A stretch of 62,892 nt of DNA, the filler included, from Platydemus manokwari (taxonomy: Eukaryota): NCBI GenBank assembly GCA_037951405.1. It is 6 parts of 6 records of this genome, joined end to end, with 100 filler letters (N's around TTAATTAATTAA, not from the genome) between each part and the next. Parts side by side here need not be neighbours in the genome. Positions count along the whole stretch, not along the records: positions 10,930 to 20,672 come from JBBMOY011210765.1; positions 20,773 to 30,011 come from JBBMOY011278984.1; 4 more parts are not named here. One strand, given 5' to 3'. Shown here piece by piece: positions 13,226 to 27,100 of this stretch. The position numbers and the translations under genes were made by a program. Position 1 is the stretch's first letter, and each line of letters begins with the position of its first letter. Under the pieces are notes generated by a model that did not search any database, had not been told where the DNA came from, and saw only the letters and a list, made by a program, of their open reading frames with translations.

Positions 13226-14347
13226 CTATTTTATTTAAATGCCTTTTCTTTCGCTTTGTCTAGCTTATTTTGTCATTACTTAAATATTTAGTTATGGCAA
13301 ACTGGTATCACCATTGATAAATCATTGGCACCACAAGCACTTAATGGTCATCAAATCAATTCAACCATTTATTATTTACTTAGCAATTCTCAAACATTTC
13401 TCAATTACAAAAATCTATCGACTATCAAAAAAAATCACTACGAGAAATATTTGAGTCAAGCCGCTCATTGCTATTTTGGACATGACACATTGTTAGTTGT
13501 ATTATTTTGTTATTTAACCATTCCCATATTCAAGTAATTGGTGTATATAATAGGTTATATAGTTATTGTTGATTTGATCTTTATATTGGATTAAGTCAAT
13601 TTGGAGCCATACATTTTGAAGAGCAAGTGACTAATTTGAACTGTTCGTATTATTATTAAAATATTTTTAAAAATTACATGATATATTTTGAAAATAAGAT
13701 CTTATCACTGAACTCATTTATAGCTATAATATTATAAATAATAATTCTATACTACTGGCATGTGCAGCGTTATATTATATTGTTGAAACCAATGTTTATG
13801 TTCTTTTTAACAGGATTGGATCAATCTGAATTCAGTAATTTTGATAATACTTTAAAATTTTGCAGGATAATATTTTGATTTCATGGCATTTTGTATCAGT
13901 ATCTTTTATGATATGTTATTTTGCTCTAATGATCCATGAACAGTTAAAACTCTTCCAGATTTCGTACAACCAGAATTATTTATTTATAGTCTATCTGGTT
14001 CTAAACCATTTTATCGAAGCTTATGGTGTATTCTACTAACTCACATAATTTATGAGTTATATTACTTGCCCAAATCATAGCTTGTATTATCTCAGAGTTT
14101 CCTTTTTCTCAATTTGTTTTGGCAGTTTTTTACTGAGTTGGTACTTAATTTATACTTGTATTGATATTTTAGTTCGCCTTAAGACTCAAAGCTAGAATAA
14201 TAAGCTTTTCTCTGAAAAGGAGTTTGTTGCTGATAGCCTATTTAAAAGTTATAAATTAAAGAGCTCTTTTTTAGTATTCAGACTTGAAAATCCTTTCTAA
14301 ATGAATTATTTTTATTTTGTATTTATTGGAAATTTGATTATTTTCAG

Positions 14348-15712
14348 ATATGCTACTCATCTGTGGACGCTTGTATCAACCAAATCTGATATAGATAATC
14401 TAATTAAAAAATGGCTTATTAGTTTACACAAAAATGGATGTGGACTTCTTATTAAAGCAGGAGCACACGGTCTGATCCAAGCAATAGTCTACAGTGCCGG
14501 ATCGTTTAATTTTGCTGGTGATCATATTTCATTCGGAATGCATCCCAATGATTTGCAAAGACGGTTGCATTTTAGAAATCTTCAATACAAAGGACTTTCT
14601 TCACCAAAATTCGATGTAGCTGTTGATCTTGATGTCGATAATCGACCTCAGCTTTTCGTTTCCATAAAAGATAAAAATGGCAAATTATATGCTTGTGATG
14701 CCGGTTGCGTAGATGCACCCATTCAGTTAAGGTTAGAGATTAATGATTTGGAATAATTTAAATTGATTTATTTTATCTATATTTACACGTTATTGTTCTA
14801 TTGTCAAGTAATAAGACAGCATATTTGAGGACATTTTTGCAATTTATTACACCCCCCCCCCCAGATGATCCACCTTCAATTTTATCAATACATTAATTTG
14901 TTCAATGTTCTACCTTTTTATTCAGTGTCCATCTTTTAAATGAAAACTTTCGCGATTCTTCATTTTTGGATTACTTCTTAGCAATATTATTCCATTTGAC
15001 TTTCATTCTTTCATTCATACTAAATGCTTTGTTGATACAAAATCCTCGACCCAATCATAGCGTTGGTTTACAGATATATATAGTACATACAGTGAAATTG
15101 AATTCAAATCTTTTTATATACTCAACCCATTAAGCATCCAATTCTCACTTCCAATAACTCGAACATTCAAAATTTCAGAAAATCAAAACTTTTTAATCAT
15201 TCAATTTAATTTTGATTCCATCTCGAATTTCATAAATCAGATATTATAAACAAATCCTCTAAATTTATTTCCGAAAAATTATTAAAAAACGTCTAAATCC
15301 ATTTGTGTTTGTTTTCAGTTCCGTTATGAAACTCATGCCGGTTAAATTGACGAAACCTCGATATCCAATACTTTACATTTCCGATGAACTGTCACATATT
15401 GACGAATTGAAGCACATCATTCATGTCAGGGATATTGAGGATGCCAAAGCTCACAATCATCATATCATTGCTCTTCACAAACATGGCCATTCGTGGGGTG
15501 GTTTGCCACCTCTTTTCTGGTTCACGATTATTCTACTCGTTGTTGTGTTTCATCTTTTTCTCTGTAAATTGATCTATACGGAATATTGTCGATACAGAGA
15601 TGATTATGATTTATCAATGTCAGATTCTGCAAGAACTCCTGAAAATAGTAGAATAAATTACCACTACATACCTTCTACCCGGCGAAATCAATATTACAGT
15701 ACATTACATTGA
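14348..15712 (+). CDS. KIAA2013: KIAA2013 (DUF2152) homologue, last two exons (14348-14731, 15319-15712)
   Basis: W..SL.K.GC..L..AGA.G.IQA.V.S.G, YACDAGCVD.P.QL, T.P..P.LYIS....H..EL.H..H and GLP.LFW..I..L..VFHLFL.KLIY.EYC match my recollection of the KIAA2013 C-terminus. The GT-AG intron is in phase. AATAAA near 15897-15906. Confidence 0.9.
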
Positions 15713-18299
15713 TTGAATTAATTTTGTTTTTTATACACCACTTTGTGTTTTGAAAAGTTTATTTATTGTAAAAGTCTTTGGCCTGTGTTGTGCTTTCTAT
15801 AATATATTCTGTAAAATGAGATTATTTGATATTTCTGTGAACTCTATGTATTTCTCATAACGTTTCAAATGCGGATTTGACGTTGAATAATTGATGAATA
15901 AATAAACACATTAAACATTTTGTTTATAACATTATAATGTAAGTAAAATCGTAGAAATTTTCAATGTTTAAAATTGCGAATAACTTTAAAGGTAAGCTAA
16001 GCTGAATCTCGATGTGTGATGTATTATTACTTAGGATCATGGGTCTTTGTGACTAGAATTTGTGATAGAATTATATTTTGCAGTTGATTTTCTTGCAACT
16101 GATTTTTTGTTTTAATCAACATTTGTTTTAGTTTTAATGTTATAAGAAATTTGAACTGAACAAAATTGCATTTCTTCCGGAGCGGTGAGCTAACCTTTAA
16201 ATTAATTTGCTTAAAATTTAATTTTGGAAAGTATGTATATTTTAAAACTTTACACGTTATTAATGTGGTATTTGGTATTAACAGACTCAATGTAATAATT
16301 TGTCCTATCTTTTTCGATTTCGGGCAGTTTGAAGAATCTGAAAAACCGAGTTATATTGCTTTCAAAACTTATTATCTACTAGACTTAATCACATGCATCT
16401 ATCTTACAAAAAATTAAAATCGATAAAAACACAATGAAATACAGTAACAAGACGTGGCTTAGATAACGACACTCAAGCTTAAGAAATAGCATTTTTTTAC
16501 ACAATATAACAGAATATCGATTATATTTTATGTGAAAATAAGATCTAAATTTGTTTTGGGTAGACTGGAATATGGTTAAAATGACTACTCATATTACTGG
16601 TGACCTCATAAAGCAATAATTGAATTTTCCACCAGATGAATAACTTTGAATTTAGGATTCGAACCATATAATAAAATAATTGTTTTCAAATTTTAATGAT
16701 ATTAATACATTAAAAATGCGACCAACTTTGTAATATTTTGATTGGTTGATAGCATGAGGTGTTGTCAAAGTTAAATATCAAGTTGATAATTCCTCTTGAC
16801 TACTGATACTTATACACCAAATTAAATATAAAGTGGAAAAAAAATTAAAAAGAGCCAAAAAATAAATAGTTAAATAACCATGACAAAAAAGAAATTAATC
16901 CTATTAAATTTATAAAAAATGAAATCAATGACTAATAAACAATAATCGAAACCATCAATAAAAATCCATTGTCAAAATCCAAAAATAATTTATTCAAAAT
17001 TGTCTATTAATACCCAAATGAGAATCCAACCAGCAAAGATATGCATTAATTTGTTGAGTTATTAACAACAATTTGAATCTGAAAATCTATAATAACTAAA
17101 TTAATACAATTAAAGTCTCAATAATAACAATAACAAATCTTTACGCGATCCACAAAGAAAATCATTCAAGTTGGGATCAGCACCCGAAAGTCCAAAACAG
17201 AATGAAGAGTAATCAAAAAGATTGATTATTGATATCACACATAAGCTAAGCACTAAAGTTAATAACCAAAAAAAACTGGCCAGAATCTATGGAATTCAAC
17301 CATCGGATGTGTGTGCTTGCTGTCACGAATCTTTGTTTACAATTCGCTGAATTTGTGTGTGGATCGATTTACTCAAGATTTTCCTTATATCTCATATCAT
17401 TCGCGAATATTTAAGCTTGCTGGCTTTTGTACGCATGTGCCTTTCGATTCTTAGCTTCTAAATATGGATTAACATTTGAAGGAATCTGATTGGTTAACGA
17501 AACTTGTGTTTTTCAGGTTAGTGTGTATTGAACCTTTTTATGAATTTTCCTTGGATCTTGGACCCTTTTGACTGATTTGTGATATATCCAACAAATTAAA
17601 TAAGTAACGAAATTAGGATACAAATAAGACAAAGACAAAACAAAAAACAAACAAATATCACGCACAAACGAAATAAGTGTTGTTCATAAAAAGACATACT
17701 TTGTTCTTGAGACAAAAACAAAGATAATAAATATACAGAACCACCTAAACGGAAGATAAGTTTATAAGTCTATCACAGAATCATAATTTTTAGCCAGTTT
17801 CTATTGCATAAAGAGGCATTTAATTTACGAAGAAGGATATCATTTTGATTCATGCAGTCCGTGAAAATATTATTCAATCATTCATTTATTGATATATTTA
17901 AGTTTGGAGTTTATTGATTTTGTAATTGAAATTATTTATCAGGAAAGTGACGTAGAATGGTGTTCGCGAATTTAACTATTTTAGCACTCGGTCATCAACT
18001 CAATTAGTCCAATATCGTTTTTCACATTGACAAATGATGACAATTGTTGATATAAGTTTGGTAAAATAATAATTAAACAACTGTAAGATTGCTGAAATTA
18101 AATAACGATGTACGAGATAATTAAATAAAATAATAATGTCACTAAGACAAAATATTAACAAATTTATGAGAATTATTATCGCTTAATGAAATAAGAATTC
18201 ACTGAGATACTTGTATAATAATGAAGCCAAATAACTGTTATAAAATACACTGGTATAACAAAATGATAAAATATACACCCTAGAATATTATTCCCTTGA

Positions 18300-19300
18300 G
18301 CAACATTTGATTCGTTTGTTCCTTTATTTTATTAAGATGCTATTGTACTTAAGGCGGCTTTTTTATGTGAAATATGAGTGTTAACGGGTTATTAGACAAA
18401 TCAAGTAGTTCTTTCGATTGAGACATAGGAATAGCTTTTTGTTCAGTTCCAATACAAGAATGGGCAATTTGAGTGGGCGATTATAACTTTCGCAAAATTC
18501 AATAGAGGAATACTTCAATTCGTAGTATTATTATTAATTATTCTAATTGCTAGTGGTTTCTGAAAATTTCTGTACTGCTAGGCTAAGCTTTCATACTGCT
18601 CTATTTGATGGATTGCTGACAACTATAATGTGAGTAATTATAGGTTTATTCCTCTGAATTTCATTTTTAATGGATGCATGTTTCCTTTCATTTTGGTTCA
18701 TGGGATGAATTTAATGGCTGGAATTAATTCATCATTTTCCGGATATTAAATTTATGATAGGGAATTTATTTTATGAATATTTGAAATATTTTCATCAATT
18801 ATAACCTCGATGTGAACTCTATTATTAGATATCATTTTATAACAAAATGTTTTACATTTAAAGTAACACATTACAATACAGATAATAATTTGTTCCGTTT
18901 TTCTACAAAATATATGAACGCTTTTTGTACCTAATTCATTTCCTTTTAATTGTGTAAAACTTTTATACGAATAAAACCCAAGCTTATACCCAGCTTTTAA
19001 ATTCTGAATTGATATAATAAGAAAAAGGTGAATAATTGTTACAGAATGCTTAATATTGTTAGATTTGGATCAACTCCAGACTGCAATAGTTAGTTCCAGA
19101 AGAGTTCAACGAAATTATGACCTTATCGTTTATTATCTCTTAATTGAAATCATATTTTCAGAAACATGTACTTCATCAACCTTAGCACACTGACAATCAT
19201 CTTAATTGTTGGGTGTTTATAGCATTGCGCTGATTTTTTAAAATAACTATGTTTTAAAATCATCTATTTAAACACTTTGTTTTTATTATCCAGATGGTGC
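18300..19300 (-). mobile_element. Highly degenerate LTR-retrotransposon pol relic
   Basis: Scattered RNase H/connection-like peptides (TQ.PIL, EL.AI...I, H.KAL-like). No intact ORF; boundaries approximate. Confidence 0.3.
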
Positions 19301-20500
19301 TCTGTTCATTAAGGGACGCACTATGTTATTTTTTCAAATGTTGTAGAATAAAAGTTACAATATCAATATTAAGTTTTATTTGAGTGTTACTAAATTTTGT
19401 GTCCAATATTCGTAATAGGAATGTATTTTATTCAGTATTATGTCATTATTCATTTATCATATTTTGATTATTTAAATGTTGTTTTTATTTAATAAACTAG
19501 TTAATAACGCTGTTGGATATAAAACCATCTACGAGCAGAACAGATTGATAATCACCATTATTAATATTAAGACAAAAAACAGAAATGAGTTACAAAATTC
19601 ATTAGCAAATAGTATAAAGACTTGCAACACCTAGTATTTGTTCACAAAATTTCACATTAATCTCACATGTATAACGTTTCTACGACAAAGTATTCAAACT
19701 CATATATGATTACTCATTGAGAATTTTAATCGTACTCATTCGAATAAATTATTTTCTGGGAAACATTTGCATTTTTATTACGTTAGGGACATTAATCACA
19801 TTTATTTTCAAATCAAATTCTTATTCAATCAGCAATTCAATCAATTATTGTAAGCATTATTAAAGAAAGAAGATTAGTTATAATTTTATAAATTCATTAT
19901 TTCACAATTTTTAAATTATATTTATAGAATACCAACACTTAAAAATAAGTAAAGCTTTATTTGACTCCATAGATAACAATGAATATCTTTATGAATATAT
20001 AATTAAATTTTTTACAACAAAATAAAGCAATTTTTAATCATTAGTTGAAATCGATTACCAAACTTTTAAGTAGAATTTATGGAGATCTATTGTTCATAAT
20101 ATTATTAATTCAGATTCCCCTGTACTTCCACCACAAAACCCCTTGTTGTTGAGTAACACGTGGATGATTGGGCCTATATGCTTTAGCAATCCCTCTGATT
20201 GAGATAAATTTTCGACATTATTTTAAATGTAGTTGATAGAATGGTTGAACTGAGTCCAGTTCATTTAAGTTTAAAGTAAAAATATAAATTCATTATAGTA
20301 AAATTGATTTAAAAAGTCATTTGATCAAAATGAAATTACTTGAAACGAATATAGGTGATGTTGAATAATTATAATTCAATAGGAGATTCGTGATGTTTCT
20401 ATGCGACTGTTACTTGATTTTTTTCTTCTAGTAATAATCCTGGTACGATTGAATAGGTGTAATAATTCTAGATCGTTCTGTCTGAAATTTTTGACTAGCG

Positions 20501-20672
20501 CAGGGGTCTCCAAACTTTTTCAGCAAAGAACCATATTGCTGATTTTTTAAAATTTGGAGGGCCAAAACTATGATAGGTTTACAAAAAACTCAAGCTAGCC
20601 AAAATATTTTTTATTAATTATCCTGTTATTTTCAAAAAGTTTTAATATCTTACATCGAATAATAAATGTTTT
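20501..20672 (+). mobile_element. hAT (Charlie-like) element left end, truncated by linker
   Basis: CAGGGGTCTCCAAACTTTTT terminus preceded by GACTAGCG (resembles the nTCTAGAn target), internal GGAGGGCC. Confidence 0.6.
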
Positions 20673-20772
20673 NNNNNNNNNNNNNNNNNNNNNNNNNNNN
20701 NNNNNNNNNNNNNNNNTTAATTAATTAANNNNNNNNNNNNNNNNNNNNNNNNNNNNNNNNNNNNNNNNNNNN
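20673..20772. other. Artificial contig linker
   Basis: N44-TTAATTAATTAA-N44. Confidence 0.97.
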
Positions 20773-21040
20773 TTTATTATAAGGTAATTTTAATGTATTT
20801 AATTTTATTATATCAATGCCGGGTTTTCTTATTAATTATAGGGATTATAGATTGAGGTTTAAATTATGTATTCTATATATAATTATATTATAACAATTGC
20901 TTTATAATATTCCCGTCCGTTACAAAATTCCCCTGAATTTTCATAAAAAAATGTTTTTCATGCAAAAAATAAAAATTGTACATGCATGCAATTGATGTTA
21001 AAGAGAAAAAAATTGTCATAGGCCCCAAAACACAACAATG
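20773..21040 (+). repeat. Dispersed non-coding repeat, copy 2
   Basis: Similar to 9676-9890. Confidence 0.75.
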
Positions 21041-21183
21041 AAATAGATGATATTACAATTATTTATGAATATCATTTTATGATATAAATGTTTTTCATTT
21101 ATTTTTGTTTATTTATTATTATCATTTTTTATTAATTATCGTTTGATAAAAATATCACCATGACACCCATGAAATATGTTTAG

Positions 21184-24100
21184 TTTCGTTTATCCGATAG
21201 CGAAAAAGATATTATAAAAATGTTATCAAATCCTTCAGAGATAGATCTCAGATTGAGATTTATAATTGAAAGAGAAAAATTACAGATAAATACTTTGGAT
21301 AGATTTTCTCGAGTGCGATTTTGTTTGAAATGCTATCTTATCAAGCCTGACAGATCCCAGCATTGTTCTCTTTGTGGAAGGTTATTTTACAATTTCTTTT
21401 ATTATTTTTGTTAATAGTTTTGTGTACAACCCATTTCCGGCTGATTATATGCAATTTTTTTTCAAAATTTTTAGATTTTTCCTCAAAGAATGATTATATA
21501 AATTAATTAACCAAAATATAGAATTAGATTAAATTAAATCTATAAATAGAACACATAATTTAAAAGATTTAAAAATAGTAACTATCAATAATGAAACCTA
21601 AAAATAGCATTAAACAAGTATCAAAATACAAATTCAAACAAAGAAATTCAAACCCTTGTAAATAGAAGAGCAAATTAAAAAACACGCCCTAAAAGTTTCA
21701 GAATACTTGATTATTGTTTTTAGAAATCAAAAAAATTTAACGTTTGAAAAATCAACATTGTACTTGATATACAATTCGTTACGTTGAACAAAATTTATTA
21801 ATTAAACAGATCGAGCGCAATTTTCTGCCAAGTTCAAAGCCAAACGTATTTTATTTGTCTTCGACTTATCATTTCAATTAATTTTACTTTATCAATAATT
21901 TTAATAAACGTTGTAAATTTTGTCAATGATTTATTTGGCTCGAGTCCGGTCTAATCATACTTTAATTAACTATCAAACTTAACTTAAAGTGAGTGACAAC
22001 AAGAGGTTGCTGGAACATTTGGCCCAACCATCTTTAAGCCTCCAGTGGAAGAACAGATCTACGCCAAAAGCATAGGAGTTGGCCATGAAATCAATTCTAG
22101 CTTACTAGAATCAAACACAATAAAACTTTAAGTAAAAATATCTATTAATTAACTCTAGGTTGATCACTTATTTGCTTTCAACAACATTTTGTAAAAATTG
22201 TCATTGAAAATTATATTTTATTATTACTACTGTCTATTTTTTTATTTTGTTTATATTTTAAATTGTCAAATTTCCCAAAAATAATATTCACACATATTGG
22301 AGTCAGATTATTAATTAATAGAAAAGTGTATTCGTACTTGGAACTTAAATCATCCACAAATTCTAAATCGTTACAATTATTATTTCCTGAGCTGATGTAG
22401 ATTCCTAGATCTATTGTAAAAATACTATAACCACTAAAACAACCATTTTTTGATCTACACATAACCATTTGTTTTATTTTCTTCAATGATGATTTATAAA
22501 ATTGATTAATAGCAATCCAGGTTACCTGCTTCAGAATGGTGAAAGTGTGGTGTCTAGCTCCGAAAATAAAAAATTTTAACATAGGAAAATATTAGAAATT
22601 TTAATTGAGGAGTAATTCCATTATCTGGGCTTACTATTTTATATATTGCATGAAGTTGAAATTGACCAGAAGGTTCCTCAAGTTGTTATTATTTTATTAA
22701 CTGATCTATTATACTAGCACAATACTTGACATTCTTCCAGATATTTTACTATCTTCAAGGATACCTTGGTTTTGAGCGTGGATTTTTTGGTTTGATTAAT
22801 AGTCGATATTTCTTTCTTGGGTTAATACTATTCATACTGGTGTAGAGCACAACAATATTCGCTAACGTATTAATTTGATTCCAAAAATCTATAAGCTGAT
22901 CCCTAAGTTATATTTTATTTCACAAATACAATTTATAATGTACCAAATAATCACTAGAGCTGACCCCTTAAATTGGATCTGTAAAATGAATACGAAAAAA
23001 AGATTTATTTCTGACCTTACTACGACGTTCGTAAATACTTTTACAATACTATTAATTTTTTACCGGTGTTAGTAATAATTTTTACGGTACCCCGTTTGAT
23101 CACAAAATAATTCTACTGATATTATTAAATACTTTTAAGAATAGATTCTATATAGAAATATATAATTAAAATTTACCTGATTGCTGAAGTTTCTTTATCG
23201 TTACTATCTATAATAGCATTCTTCAACAGACTGCCATGTCTTCATGTACTATTTTGCACACAGCACTGTACAGAAAATTCCCCAATCATTGACTTGACAT
23301 TTACCATATGTCATGTCAATAATTGTCAGATATTTCCTAATTTGGTAAACGAATTACCAAATATAAATTTAATTTAAACATATAAATTGTATTTGTTTAA
23401 TTATTTAATTTTATTATTTATTTTTAATATTATTTTATTTTAATATTATTTTTTAGCAATTATTATTTTATTTTAACATTACCTATTTTTTCAACTTCAA
23501 AAATATTAAATCCAATTCTTGTTGATTTCTATTAATTTATTGTTGTTTATATTTTTTATTATTTGAGCTCTTCAATTCTAAAGGAGTAGAATTAAGATGC
23601 TATACACGGCTTCATTCACTGTGGGCCATTGTATTACATTTCAATATCCAAAATTTAATCTGTTAGCAAGTTATGTCTGCCATTCATATATTTTTAAGTC
23701 ATATATTTTTAATTTCTTCAGAGTGGACTTTTTCCGTGATGAAGTATTTATTTCTTCTATTATTTTTTTTATTTTACCAGTGATCCAACTATAAAGTGCT
23801 TTCTATTTAACTAGTGCTTTGGGTCTTATAATTACTAATTCTGTATGCCCTGTTATCAACAGCATGTTTACTGTGATTACTACATGTATTTCGATTACAT
23901 CAGAGCTATTTTGATAAAATATATTCTTCGTTATTAAGTATCTGGATATTTGTGTATATTATCCACTCCCCATAATTCTTTTCTTCCAATATTTAATTAT
24001 TTCCTTTATCTTATGTTAGCCATCAGAAAAAATTATATTTGAAACTCATTAAATTCAATTACTTGTTTCAAACTTTATATCTTATTCATTTTGGTGTATC

Positions 24101-27100
24101 TTTATATTTTAATATAATTTATTTCATATTGCCATCTTTATCATTATACCTCATGCTATCATAATTCATTAGATAGGCCCCACCGCATTTTATTCGATTT
24201 GTTAATTTTTGAAAGCCGTATTTATCTAAAGAAACAAAAATAAACAAAGTCATAAAATTTTAGCTTTGTGATGATGGTGTGACTCAAATTAATCACAATA
24301 AATTGACGAAAATCTGAATGACAAGTTAGTATTGTCTCTAGAAATCTTATATAAGGTTGAAGTTACTCCTCGAATATCTGAACATCATATATTATATGAT
24401 ACTTGTCACTCTTAATAAAATTGAAAATTGACAAAATCTATTGGGTTGGTGCATAAATTTATGCGGTTTTATTTGTTGCAAACTAATCTTACTTCAACGT
24501 ATTTGAATTATATTTATTCAGCTGAATTACCTATTTAAATCATTTTAAACGATCTTTCACTCATTAAAGTGGAGTGTCAGGTAGATAAAAATGAACATTT
24601 CAGGCATCTAGTCCTTTTCTATTTTAATCAACATTTATGATGAATGATTTTTTGCATTTATGGAAAAAGGCAGTCAGTGAACGAACAGCACGTAAGTGGT
24701 TTTCAAAATTTAACAGTGGAAATTTTGATTTAAACGATGCACCTCGGTCAAGCCGACCTAATGATTTTGAGGAAGACTGTTTGAACCAATTGATTTGTGA
24801 TGATCCGTGTCAATCGACACGAGCGTTTAGACAAGCCACGTATTGTGATTACACCACTACTTCTCGGCATCTCAAAAAATGGGAAAAGTTCAAAAGCTGA
24901 AATCATGGGTGCCTCACCTTCTCAAAGAAAGTCACAAAATTTCTGAACTCGTAACAGGTAATGAGAAATGGTGCCTGTATGAAAATTTGAAACACAAATA
25001 AGCTTATATAAGTTCTCAAAAGCAACCACAATCAAGTGCGAAACCCGAAGTTCACCAAAGCAAAATCTTTTTATGAGTTTGGTGAGACCCAGTTGGTGCT
25101 ATTCATTACGAAATCTTGCTAAGAAGCCACCATCCAATGCCAAACTTTATGGTAAACAACTCAAGCGAGTAACCACTGCAATCAAAGCTAAGAGTACCAA
25201 TAAGAAGAAGATAATTTTACGCCATGCTAATGTTTGGCCTCATGTCACCACAATGACAAAGTTGATTATTGAAGAACTTGGCTGGAATGTTCTTTCCCAT
25301 TCCCCATATTCGCCTGACTTATCCCAACAGATTTTCATCTTTTCCGGTCTATGTCGAACCATCTTTCTGGTCTCACATTTAAAAACGAAGAAGCAAATAA
25401 CAACGTAGATTGAAGAATTTTTTGACCAAAAATCATGGTGGAAGGAAGTGATCGATGATCACCAATTGAGAATGAGACACTTGTTTTATCTAATGACTTC
25501 ATAAATTCATTTTGTTATCTGGAATTTTTTGCGTGGTTTTTATTCCTGATCATTATGCATTTTTCATAATTTATACACCAACCCAATATTAAATAATTGC
25601 AATAATACAACAATTTTAAAAATAAAACAAAAATATAAGATTGTAATTTTTTATTTTAACCTATTGTACTCTGAAATTATTATAACCAGCATTGGTAACC
25701 AGTGTCATTCAACTCTGGAGGGAAAAGAAGGTTAGAGAAGAATAAATTTAGAAAGATATCAAATATTCAATGCGAACCTTGCCATTTTTCAACTTTTCTT
25801 TTGAATTTTTATACTTTTTGTCTCTGTTACTTTCGGGTTACTACTTTGGTCTATTCTATTATTATTACTAAATTCTATTGATACTCTTCATGTCTTAACC
25901 AATCTCCGGAGTTCTGATGTAATAACTTTGATAAATTTATTGTTTTGTTCTTTATATTCCTCGAACACTATTGCTCGTACAAAGACGAGATAAATTGTGA
26001 TGAACAATGTATTGATTAAAAATATTTAATTTAAACTTATCCGCTAATATTTTCTAGACTTCTGTTATTGTAAAAGTATTTAATGAATTATTTTTATTAA
26101 ATACTAACCACCGTCACAAAGGTAATGATGTGAGAATGATGATGACAAGTTTTATTGTAATTATGACTTATCAAAATCAACAATAGCACTTGTCGAATAT
26201 AAAAATGAATTATAATTACAACTACAATGATTATCAAATCAATAACAGTTAGTTTAATACTACTTTTATGCATGCTAAAGTTAGACTATTCCTTACAATT
26301 CGCAAAAAGCTTTAATGTTTAATGAGATTCACAGAACAGTATAACCAATTCGATAATGAGCCTTGCTCATGTAAATATGATATATGCGTATATGTGATTG
26401 TACAGCTCGAATTATCTTATTGACCTTCTTGGACAAATGGTGGATCTCTTCTTACAATGGCTAGAAATTTTCAGCTCAAAGTTCTTCCAGTTAATAACTG
26501 GCCATGTATAGATTGAATGGATATAGTTGCTTGAGCTTACAAATGTTTGTCTAGTGGTTACCTAATCATTAAAAGGGGCGAGATTATGAGTGTTGTTAGC
26601 CTATTTATAGGATTCGGTTCACTGAGTAATTTAAATGGTTTAATTATTTTTTGATTTTCAGGATTATAAAGTGTTACAGAGCTGGATCAACGATATCATC
26701 TAAATCTCAACAGCCCTCAATATCTTCAACATCTAATCAACCATCAACATCTTCAGTTTCTCAATTGCCTCAACAAGCGAGATCATATTCCTAATTCCAG
26801 TTTTCAGTCTACCAGATGATGGAATTATTTATTTTATGAATTTTATTTCCAGGATTATTATTGAAATTTAATGGGTTTTTTTCACTGTGATTATTTATTA
26901 ATAATCATTTTCGTTTTTTATTTATTAGAGTTTGTTGCAATAGAGAATTAATTATGACTGATTTTTATGCAGTAGCTATGCGAGTATTTATTTATAAGTA
27001 GAAATAATAATTGTTGATAATAAATTTGAAGAACTCACGCTGTCGAGTTACATATCAATAAAAACAACATACACAACGCAACAGGATAAACATTAATGAC